Position numbers and translations under genes: made by a program. Shown here piece after piece: positions 1-12,128 of a stretch of 64,000 nucleotides of DNA (position 1 is the first letter of the stretch; every line of letters begins with the position of its first letter). This DNA is from Adineta vaga. Its lineage: Eukaryota > Animalia > Rotifera. A model generated the notes under the pieces. The model searched no databases, was not told the origin of the DNA, and was given only the letters and a program-made list of their open reading frames with translations. The stretch covers positions 5,580,001 to 5,644,000 of the forward strand of contig CP075496.1 of the NCBI GenBank assembly GCA_021613535.1. The letters run 5' to 3'.

Positions 1-3000
1 GCCTTGGAGTTCGTAGTTTTTTATCATCTGTAACATGTTTGTCTTCTTTAGATCCATTATCATTATCATGATCATTATCTTTGTGATTAGATTTCTCATC
101 GATTGTTACCGTTGCCGTCGCCGTCGGTTACCATCGTCGATTGGATTTGAGCCGGTTTTATTTGTTCATCATCTCTCGAAAGTCGTATACGTTTCGAAGG
201 GCTTTCCAAAATAGGAAGATCTTGTTTTTCATCTTGTAATTTCAGCTCCAAAGGTCGTTTTTCATCTTTATAAACTTCAGTTGAAGAAGTTTCTTCAATT
301 TTTTCACTGCTATCTTCTACTTTATCCGATGTACTTGCCTTCAAATTTCTGTCTGACAATGGTGAAAGTATTTCTGGTAAAACAATCGCTTCTCCAACAT
401 CTAGGAAGAAACAAATAGCCACCGTAATTTCTCTCCTCCTATTAGCACTTATTCATTGTTTACTTACCATGAATTAAGGATCGCATGCCTTGTTCAATAT
501 AATTCCAATGTTTTTCAACATCCTTAATATCAATTAAACGTGTAAATTTCATTGATTGTTGATTCTGTGGTCGAAATCGATTAATATTCTTTGAGCGTAA
601 TAAACGAAGCATTTGGATTTCAAGTTTTTCGATAATCGACGAATTTGGATATAGCATATTGCATAATGCTCTCACAGAAATACATTCACGTTGAGCATTT
701 GATCCAAGTCCAGAACATGTATATGTTGTCATTGTATGACCATGAAATGTGATTGTTTTCTGATAACGATTCGATGAACTTGATGCAGAGGAAGAGGAGC
801 CTCCTGTTAATGGCAATTGTGATGGTGGATGTATAAAAATATTATTATTATTATTTGTTGTTGTTGTTGTTATCGTCGGTGTTGTTTGCGATGAAGCTGG
901 TACTGGCGATGGAGGAGATGGTGGAGGCGTCGATTCAGCAAACTAAATGCGATTTTTAATGTTATAAATACCAAATAAAATTTTATCTTACGGTATTGGT
1001 TGCTGCCGATGATTCTGATTGTGGTGGTTGTGCTTGTGATGATGTTGGTCTATTATCTAAATACAAAAAGATTTATTTTTGAAAATTTATGGTCAACTTT
1101 ATACCTTGATGTTGATAGTTAAGTACATTTAATGGAAATTTATCATTAAATAAAAGTATCAAATCAACATTATATTCTTTTTGTACAGATTCAATATCAA
1201 TTAATTTTGCATTACGTAGATTAATTGACATATTACTAAAAAAAAGAATCAATTGTAGAAATTCAAGTTCTGATGTTGTCGGTATTGTTAATGTGGCAGT
1301 TGATAAACATTGAGATGATAGTATAAAATTTTTTAATAAATTATTTCCAATAAATGGTACTGTTTGTTCATGTAATGTTGTTATGTTACGTAGACGACAA
1401 ATTCCACCATTGATTTGAACTATTGATAACCAATCTTTACAAATTGAAAGTTTTGGTTCATTTAAAGGTAATTCCTTTGCGAAAAGTATATTAGCTGAAC
1501 AATGATGATAAAATGTTATTAGATCAATAAGTTTTGTATCAATAGAGAATGGTCTGATATTTTGTTTTAAACAAAGTTCATTGATGAGTTCAATTTCTTG
1601 GGGTGTAACAAGTGTTTGTTCGAATGGAAATAATGGCTCTTTTGATTCATTTGTGTTATGTTCATTTGTTGGAATTTTGAGCAAGTCATAAAATGTTAGA
1701 AGACTAACAGGTATTTTATATAAATGATGTTCGGACGTATTAGATGAGACATAAGGTGTGTAAAGTTTGTTTATTTGTAACCAACCAGAAGCAACACGAG
1801 TGGATTTAGTTACTGGTGATGAAGGACTTGCTGTTGACAATGCTACTTGTGCTTCTGATGTTGTTACAGATCGTTTACGAGTATGTGCTACAATAGGTAG
1901 TGAATTAGAAGATGATGAAGTCGTTGCGAGTACTGGTTTTGTAGGTATTAATGACTGAGAAGTACTAGTAGCGACTGGAGTGGTAACAGACTTGTTCGAC
2001 ATTACTATAAAACAAAAAGACGATGTTTCATCAATAATTATCGACGTTTATCAGATTAAGATCAGTGTTAGATTCTTGTGAGTTATTTTTGTATTTTTCT
2101 TACCTGAATTTGTTGAATTACTAATATTATTCGATACTATAGGTGTCGACAGTTGATTAGATGATGATGATAATGCTTTCTGAAGTTGTGTCGAAGGATA
2201 TTGAGAAAATTGCGATGATGGTGGCAATAATTCTGCATTTTGTTTCAATAATCGTGCAGGACGTAGAGTAGTTGGAGTTGCTTGCGTTGGTGTCAATGAT
2301 GCTGTAGGAAATAAACTACTGAATGCATATATGATGTCTTTGATTTACGTCATTGATATGCTGCATAATGTGTTTGAGGATTTACGAAGTGGAACAGGCA
2401 TGTTTGGCACAGAATTAAGTGATCGCTCTGTAGACTGTTGAGTTTGTGGTAGAATTGGTCGCAGTGAACCAACTGAGGGAGCGCGCGGAATATGTGTTGA
2501 CTTATGAACTAATCGAAGATGTTCATAGAATGGAAGAAAATCTGAGACACGCACGAGCTCATCAGCAGCAGTAAATGGTTGACGTGTATAAGCCCAATGT
2601 GCATGATGTGCATTTATTCTATTCAATAGTTTTAGTTCATTTGGAGTTGCTACATAAAGATCGATGGGTTTTCGATATTGATAATAAGATGAACGACGAA
2701 TTACATCTTCAGGATAGTCAGGTAATAGTTTATGAAGCATTTTAATACAGAAATATTTTATAGTACCACTAGAAATATAAATATTAATGACATAGAAAAA
2801 ATTTCTTTTGTTCTATATTTGTACATTAATTATATTTTATAATCCATCAATTTTCATTTTCTTCTCTTTAAGCTGTCAAAGTAAAAGTATTCATTCTGCT
2901 ATTTTATATTCTTAATACATATAAAATGAGAAAGAAATGAAATTCTATGCAATTTTATTCTTTGAATATGAATTGAAAATTTTTTCTTTGTATTTAACAA

Positions 3001-4433
3001 CTAAAGAAGTGAAATATTACATCAGTTTTCAAACGATCTGTCACTGCTTTCAAAGCATAGTTAAATATATCCGATTCAAATCAATGGAGAAAATGTTCTT
3101 CATACGAGAAACACTAAGAAACAGTACCACTTGTAGTATGACGATTGTTCCTTTTCATTATACAAATAAATAAGTCATGTACAAAGTATTGATTTACGTC
3201 ATTGATATGTGAAATGTAAGCTTATATTATATGGTTTTAAAAGAGCAGTTCGGTACTGGGAATTTTTTCTCTGCAGAAAATAAGATGGTATCACTTTAAA
3301 CTAGTAATAACGATGCTTTTAACTATCTATTTTAACAATTTTTAAGTGTCTTTTTTTAGACTTCGTATTCTTTCAATTATGTATGTTACTTATTCAAAAT
3401 TACTCTTTCAATCATCGACTTATAAGGATATAAAGTATAGCAAAGTAGATGAATAACCTATATCATAAGATATTTTTAGCTCTAAATAGGATTATACAAT
3501 GTCGAATACTGTCAGAATATATTAATATGTTCCCACGAGATCATATTATCTTCATCAATTTTCATTTTACTCTTTAATGTATGCATCAAAGAACTAAGTA
3601 TTCATTCTGTCATTTTATATTTTAAAATATAAAAATCAAGCACGCATGAAAGAGTTATGGTTGGCATATTTGAATTGAACTATTTTTTTTGTATTTAACA
3701 ACTAAAGAAGTGAAATATTACATCAGTTTTCAAACGATCTGTCACTGCTTTCAAAGCATAGTTAAATATATCCGATTCACAAATGGAAAATGTTACAGTA
3801 ATACGAGATGTACAAGAAAAGACTACTTTGTAATACGATACATCGTGTCCTTCATTATACAACAAATATCAGATAAAATAAACGAATAACTGATTCATGT
3901 GCTATGGAAGAAATACAACAAAATCTGAAATAATATTGAAACAGTATATATTTAAATTTGTTTTATGTCAGTAGTAGTTTTAATATAATGATATGCGATC
4001 TTGCGACACTTGTCAAATAATTTTAAACATTACATCGCAACGTTTGCCCATGTGTCATATATCTAGTTGATAGTAAATTGAGCAATGTCTGACTATGCAG
4101 AGAAATAATTCATTTTTCCCTAGATTTATAGAATAACTTTAGGATCTCAGTAAAATATTCTTTTTCATTCCTTATTTTAAATTAGAGAAGAAATAAACAA
4201 AAAACAAGATTTACATACCGAAAAATAACAGGCGTATAGGTGTCGCTCACTGCTATCTTTTCCCATGCAAATCGACCTTTTATTGAGATAAAAATACTCA
4301 ATGGAACATTGCGGACGGATGAATAAGATGTCGTTTGAAATGTAGAAGCTGGTGTTGAAAGAGTTATGGTTGGCATATTTGATGCAATTCGATTAAATTG
4401 CTCAGTAGTTCTGAACTGTTCAGATTTAATCAT
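1..4433 (-). CDS. Uncharacterised multi-exon protein with four repeated Ski/Sno/Dach-like (putative winged-helix) domains; 3' end runs off the window
   Basis: Phase-consistent GT-AG splicing joins exons 4433-4219, 2768-2386, 2301-2104, 2004-1105, 1056-992, 942-468 and 400-<1 (e.g. TTT CG|gtatgt...ctag|T GGT ACT = FRGT). The ORF-track pieces are these exons. There is an apparent +1 frameshift near 126, after which a protein-like frame (TVTIDEKSNHKDND...) continues to the edge. An acceptor at 4450 means upstream exons are possible. Confidence 0.75.
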
Positions 4434-6200
4434 GACTGGTGAAAATGTACTGGTAAAAAGAAAAATCAAATTAGTTTGAATATGAAAAACAATTAGCATA
4501 AAATAACACGGCATATGTAAATAAAGCTGCTGTCGATAAACATTGGAAATTATCTTTCATGTGCTATGGAAAAATGAAAATGCATATAAATTTGTGCTTT
4601 GAAATGTGATTTACAAAAGTTACTTTATGTTCTTCAGTGAAACAATTAAGTTAAAGTCGTCTTTCTGTCAGCTGATGTCAGTAATATAAGTCTGATGCGA
4701 TACTAGCGACACAGATAAATGCAAATAATTCTTGCAAACATTACACGCAACTGCGTGGTACGTAGAACGAAAAAAAGAAGAGAAAAAAGAGAAAAATTCA
4801 TTTTCCCTAGATTTATAGAATAATCTGGCAAATGTCCTTATATCTTATTCTACACGAAAAGAAAAGAGAAAAAAGAAATAATAGCAGAACGAGAAAAAAA
4901 ACGATAAGAGAATGTAATAAAAGTCAGTTTCTCGCGCAGAACTCATGACTCTTGTGTAGAGAAAAAAAATACGGCGAACGTGCGGACGGATGAATAAGAA
5001 AGAGAATAGATAGATAGCAAATAGCAGTGTAATGTAGTAATTGGTATAGGATGCAAAACAAATAGTGTTCTTCGACTTTCCCTATTCTCCAAGGATAAAC
5101 AAACGCAGAACAGAGTAAAAGCACTTTAGATTGAATCAACTACTTGAAACATTTTTTCGAGACATATATTTTAACGAACGCAAAGCATAAAATAACACGG
5201 CATATGTAAATAAAGCTGCTGTTGATAAACATTGGAAATTATCTTTTCGGCTTTCACCGACAGATGAAAATGCATATTTTTGTACTTTTTGAGCTTTACA
5301 AAAATTACTTTATGTTCTTCAGTGAAAGAACATAGTCTTCGTCTTTTTGAGCTTGATGTCAGCTACAAACTGTTCGAGAGTCTTGTAAGCTATTTTAACT
5401 AAAATGAAAGATAGGTGCAAATAACCACTTACCAATCTCGAAAGATATGAGAATGACTAACAGCGAATGATTATATCGATTGAACTTATCCTCCTTCTTT
5501 TTTATTTCCTATATTGCGGCTGATCGAAAAACCAGACCTATAATATAATATTCGCTATCTCAAAAAAAAACGTTTTATAAATCTATCAAACTCACAATAT
5601 TGATATAGATAGAATAATATATAATTCACTTTTTCTTCTTAGTAGTTCTATCGTTTGCTTTTGAAAACTATCAATGACTTGCGTGGAAAAAAGATAGGCG
5701 CAGCATATTAATACAAAAAAATGTATTTGAATCTTCGCACAAAAAACGCACATAAAATATATTGAATAAAAAAGATGTAAAAAGGCAGTTTTGGTCTCAT
5801 AAAAGTTTTTTAATTTAACAAAAAAAAAGACAGAATGTCATAGTTCTAAAGAATTCTGCGCTGCGAAGTGGAAATAGAATGGCTTCTTTAATAAATTAAA
5901 ACAGAAAAAGAAAAAACTCTTCCAATAAAATTTTGAAGCACTTCAACAACAGTCTACCAGTTGCAGAAGAATGCTAAATAGTTGTGTCGGCGAAAGTGAG
6001 ATATGATGGACTAATGATGTCTTTTTTTGAAAAGATTGAAAAAGACTCTTTTAAATAGACATTACTACAAAACTTTTTTCTGCTAATACTGTCTCATCTA
6101 CTCTAATTAATCTGCTGAATAAACATTATGGTCTACAGCGTTCATTAGTTATAGTTAGCGGATATAAGCTATATAATAAAAATGAAAGATAGGTGCAAAT
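2341..6200. repeat. Patchwork of direct duplications at about 660-850 bp offset
   Basis: Exact or near-exact pairs: 2987-3078=3688-3779 (92 nt), 3647-3673=4356-4382, 3894-3909=4556-4571, 4310-4328=4981-4999, 4495-4557~5184-5246, 2341-2360=3190-3209, and about 5401-5420=6179-6198. Confidence 0.9.
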
Positions 6201-9200
6201 TCAACCAAGTCAATCTCGAAAACTAATACTATAAATAAGTCTCACTTAGTGTAGATGAAAAAATCGGAAGTTACACAGCTCATATTCACAGGAAATGACG
6301 GCTATTAAAAAAACATGAATGATTCTTTTGCATATTAATTGATTTAAAAACAAGAGCTGCATAAAATCATTTGTTTGAATTTGCTTTACGTGCTTATCTA
6401 GTTATATCACAAAAATAGATTAATAACTGTAATAATATTTGCTTACCTATTACTAGCTGCAGTTCCGTATTTATGCTGACACTGGTAATTGTAAAGTGCT
6501 GGCAGACAATGAGATGCATATAGAACTTAAGTAGGCTTGCCCCGAAATGATGATTATGGAAAATATAGATTGGGGAGCTTTTTAATCATGGACTATCTTT
6601 CTATGATACATTCTAAAAAAACAGTCATCAGAAAGAAGTAATCATATCTGGCAATATATATAATTAATGTAGGAGATTGCATAATGTCTAAAAGATCATT
6701 CATAAAAATAGATTGGTGGGCAAAAGTTTAAAGAAATACTATATAACGGGAAAAAATTGAGAAAAATGAAAAGAAAAGTAAAGATAGTAGGGATGTCCTA
6801 TCACGTGTCTATGAACGGATGAACTATAAGTTTGAATCATTCATGTCAGTAAAATTGAAGCTAAACAGATGGCAACGTAATAAAGTGTGTCTCAATACAT
6901 TAAAAACGCTATTTATAACAGTGTATATCTTATATATTCTACCTTGTTTATAGCTTTCGGTTTCTTTTTCTAGCGTTTTTTTCTCAGCGATATGTATCTG
7001 ATCTACTAATGTAATAGTGTATGCAAAACTGCCGTCCATTATTACTTCTGCTTCTCTATTATTTTCTTCTTCTTTACGAAGCACTACATTCATTAAATAA
7101 ACAACCTTGTGCAATTAGATGTGACGACGTTACTATGGATCGACAAAAGTGTTTAACAAACACTATGCAGCTGTTTGATGCATATGATTGTTAAAAGAGC
7201 ACGCCGCAGTGGAAAAAGAAACGCAGCTCCCTGAAAAAATTGAATCAAAAGAATTATAAAAAAGTCTTTATGTAACTGCTTGTATGTAGAACAATTTTTG
7301 TTTCGTTTCGATAGATTTAAGTGACAAATTTTCAAGAGGTAAACACCTTTCGTTTGTCGCTAATTACCAGATATAAACTTTTATTTTCTCTTTGCATCGA
7401 AACAAGCGTTTGCTCGTCCTTACGTTCACTTTGATAAAATCTCTTATTTATATTTCTTTTAATACAATACACGCCTTATTTACTCAAGCCATATTTCATG
7501 TATACATATTTTACTGGATCAAACTAGTTGCTTTAAAGATACTGTCTCACTATCTAGCCTTATGTTTTGTTCCATAGGTATTGTACGTTTTTACATATAA
7601 ATGTATCTATGATAGTTCATTTACTATTGTACATATATATTAAAAAACTTGATTATTAACGTTACTCCATGGTATCTTGTCAATGATTACCACATTATGT
7701 GGGAAAGCGCTTACAAAACACTAATAATAAAGTCATTACTGTCATTTGCACCTAAAAGAAATATACCGAACTTGTAAATACTTTACTGGGTATCATGCAA
7801 AAGGCCTCTTCGACATCTAAAACAACCTGACCAAAACACTGCTGCGAGCGTGTGAAAACTTAAGGCATATACTCATAAGGTTTAATCTCAGTAATTATGT
7901 ATCATTTCAAAGGTGTTAGTATATATGTCAAAAGAGAAAGATGTCTTCTACATACGACTGCTAATTTTCAATAAAAATCACTAGTTTGTTCATCCTAATT
8001 TATCTCACAGATAATATTGTATCTACTGTTTGTTTTTCAGATGAGTGGCGATGACCTAGTATATACCTGAATTACAGTGTACCACAAAATATACAGTTAC
8101 TGTATTTTGATAGATGGGCATGCCAACTTTTTAGATAGGTGGCATTCATTTGGTGCACTCGTAAGGTAAAACACTGTTCACCGATGTAGTGTTAATTGTC
8201 ACGAGCGCTTTGTGATCATGAAATTTTATGAAAGAAAGTCATGACTATCAACACAAGCAATTAAATGATAAATCATTTTCCACAATTAACTAACTCTTTA
8301 TTACTCCAGTTTAAAAAAGCTTTAATTATAGTTAAACAACCATAACATATCAGAGTTATAATCGTTTTCATTCGATGAGAAAAGCTAAATCAATCAGACG
8401 TCTGCTGATATTGGTTCATTCCATCATTCATTCATTCTAAGAAACAGCTCGTTCCATTGATTTATTCTTATCGAACATATTTAGAATGTTTTCCCTCTTT
8501 TCGTGGGATTTTTAATGTCGATAAGTATACAGACACTCTCACATCTATTTGATGGACTATAATCTAAAATATCTTCTAGCTGACAGAACTTAATAAGCAT
8601 TGAAATATAAACATTAATACCAACTATAACACAAATGAAGGAACCTACTGTCGAATTCGATACAAGTGCTTGAAAACTATCCGTAGTAAACCTAGAATAA
8701 TCAAGGATATACGGGATCGGATCAGATTTAGCTCTTAGCAAGTTAGATCGGAACTGACGTTTCGGAAATATATTGCATTAAAATTGGGACGGGAACGCGT
8801 CTATTTCCTTTATGACATGATCCCATCGGGTCCTCACGATTTTTTAGCTGCGTAAAAGAGATAATAATTCACACATTTACCTTAATGCAATCCATTGACG
8901 AAAAGGACTTTGTTCAAACGATTTAAAAAACTAAGGTTTTTTTTTATCGTGAAACAATATCTTAAAGAGTGTTCTATTACTATTCATCAACAGTTTTCGT
9001 CTAACAATACATAAGTACTCTGTTTACTTCATTTCTACGTTCTGGTGTAAGCATTACAGGATTGGATGACCATGAGCGTCATCTTACGTGAATAGTAATT
9101 GTTGATGCCGCTAGCTTCGTAACGACTCACAAGGCCGCATTGATCGACCAATTAAATTTTGACAAGTTGTTTGTTTGTTAGTCATGGAAAGTACCTGATT

Positions 9201-12128
9201 AATTAGCAATGTTTCAAAGTTCGTGTGTCGCTAGTGAGCTAGTATCTTTTTTTTAAATTTTCAATTTATATTCGAAAAAAGTTATCGAATATATACTAAA
9301 TCAAAAATTATAATACCTAGTCTTAGTTTTTTTATTCTATACCTAGAAAGTATACGAGTGATGTGTACAGCAGGTCTAGCAACTGAAATAACATCGAATG
9401 TAGGGTGCAAGCAGAAATGTGAGCGCAGACGAAATTTATAAATGTACTAAAGACGATTTCTACACAAACGCTGGATATCTCTGTTGGATACAAGAAAAAA
9501 TGCCTACTGCGGAGAAGCGACACGTCATAAGCTTTTTTTTTCGTTTATAAATATTTTTGAAGACCGTGAGACTAATCTAACAGCTAAAACAAATTCGTAA
9601 ACGCATAAAATGGATTGCTTTCTAAAGTTTTTTTCAAATCCTACACTGTGCATGCTTTTATATTTTTCCTCAGATTGGTATCGTCTCTTGGAAACACATT
9701 TAAGTATTCTAGCCATCGAAGATTTCTATCATGCTGTTGAGGATTGGTCAAACCGACTCCTACCTTATACTGCACTATAAAACGAATAGGATTTCTGTAC
9801 AATGAACTCAAATCTAATTCTAACTTTACAATATCTGCTAAAATATCGACCTAGGTTCGGCAGGGCCTGAGACAAGTCCATTCTCGTTCCCTCGTGAAAT
9901 AGAATATGACAAAAACAAGACTTATATATAAGCGATGTCAGTCTATTTTTAAAGGTTATTTTCTGAAAAAAAACCCACTGTTCTTGATTACGAAAGCGAA
10001 AAGAGAAAAATTAATTACACACTGTTTAGTGCACCTTTTCGTTTCGAAAGTTTTGTAAGTTATTTATGTTTTGACAAGTCACGTCGGAAATCATCTGTCT
10101 CTTGATCATCTAAGTAGAAAACTCTTCGATATCTGAGAAATCAAATTGCCAAATACTTTCTCAAATGCCTTTCGCTCACCACCAAAAAGGTTTTCAGAGC
10201 CGTTTAAGCCTCCGACGATACGAATGTTTTTAACTATACAACCTTGTATTCTTCGCAGTATCCTATATTGATTAGTATTACGATCGTATACGGCGCTATT
10301 TTAATGAGCAGACGATTCGTATTATCGATCATATTGAGTGATCCGAATATAGTTACAGTTATAGCTAGTCAGTTGCATGACCAGAAAATCACGGGTGCCA
10401 TAGTGATTTTCGACAAAGTATTCAAAGCTATTTTGACGAAGGAAGCTCACTACATGCATTATACACGCTATAAATCTTACCGTCAAAGACAAGTTTCAGC
10501 GCAACTCCTTTAAAGCTGAAATGTGAAATCCACATAGTCTACGTGTTATAGTGGCCTCTCCATAATATAGCCCTATTTGTAATAAAGATCTGTCTATAAA
10601 GGAGAGGTTAGAGCTCAAAGATTTCTGGACCTGAAACTTACTCTCACTAGTTTTGTGGAGCTCACATGTATTTTTTGAAGAAGAATAAAGGAGTGAAAGT
10701 TTCAAGTCGAGCAGCTTTTTGGACTCCCTCTCCTCCCCTCTCCCTATAACGGACAGACCATTTTTAGCAGCATTTTCCAGTACACATAGAGAATTATTAG
10801 ATACATTTCTTCAATATACACTAGGCAACGTTAACCATTTCCGATGAAGGCACGAGAAAAAGAGCGGGAGGAGGAAAGCGCAGAATCTTCTATGTGCCCC
10901 TTCCCCAGCTGGGTGGGAAATTGCGCAAAAATTAGCTTAAGCTATGCGGGGAAATCTCCCACTCTCTTTCAGTGTTAAAATCGCATAGAATGAGTGAGGG
11001 TGATGGTGGGAATGTAGGTAAGAATACAATATTTACGCGTCAATCCCACCCATACTCTCAGAAAAACGGTATTCTTGGCTGCAATTTGCTTGGGGTTGTC
11101 AAAGATTCTCGTTAACATACTCAAAACATGAAGTACATTTTGAAGCAGCACAGCCAGTGTTCTGCGACTTCATATCTTCTTTAAATGATGTTTTCATGAC
11201 TGTTTCATTAAATTAACGGTTCAGAGAACCTCACTTTCCGCGAGATAGGCTACTTCAAACAATGTTTATCGTTCTGAAAATATATGTGCTTGAATTTTAA
11301 AACTGCTCTTTTTCTAAGCTTTCATAAAGTTTGTATTCTTATCGTCGTCATATTGCAATAGTCGCTGATAGAACGATTACATATACATTACCTTCCGCTT
11401 GAATGCACTCTGAATAAATTTAAAGTGAGAGTATTTGTTGTATCACTGCAAAAAAAGCAAAATATCTTCGGCAGGTATGGCGTGCTTTGATGCGATTGGC
11501 GTACGTGTCTATGCGTATATGCTTAGAGAGTCACAGTTGAATGCATTCTATTTATCTCAAGGAGAAATAATACTTGTAACAGATAGATGAAAAAAGAACC
11601 AACAGAACGGGAAAAGTCACGTTTATTTATTAACTGCAATTAAAGTTTGAAGATATACAGGTAACAAAAAAGCCTCTTCTCGCATTACATATTTTTTCTC
11701 GAGACACGTCTTAGTCGAATGATGTCAGTTTTGCAACGAATAAAAGGAAGAAGAAGAAAAATTGCATTTCGTCATTGTCAACCAAAACTGTTTTCCGTAT
11801 ATTCAAGTATTGATTGATATCATAACGTGGTTTTATCTATGCGTGATTACAAAATACTTCATTTCATTCGAATATTTATTATTCGCAACAAATAGTCAAA
11901 GCGTCATATTTCGACGACAATGTTTTGTATATCTATCAATATGTTTATGCGAATAGGGAGGAAAAGAAAGAAATTTCGGACAGAATAAAACCTCTTAAAT
12001 CAAACGATAGCGCCATTTGTTTAACTAAAACTGTTATATTTGTATAGAAAGATGCTATAAATATTTCTCATAATAAGACAAGATAGCTTGTTTTTTTTCT
12101 TACATTATATCAAAACCATTAATGGTCG

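Noticed and set aside
2937-3889. Two near-identical ORFs (LYLTTKEVKYYISFQ…)
   Set aside because: They are translations of the 92-nt duplicated intronic block on the non-coding strand, with no protein-like context.
2341-6200. CRISPR-like or LTR interpretation of the spaced repeats
   Set aside because: The repeats are different sequences each present twice, not one repeat with spacers. There are no TG..CA termini, primer-binding site or internal gag/pol.
6824-7114. 96-aa minus-strand ORF
   Set aside because: Non-ATG start, no recognisable domain and no linkable neighbouring exons.
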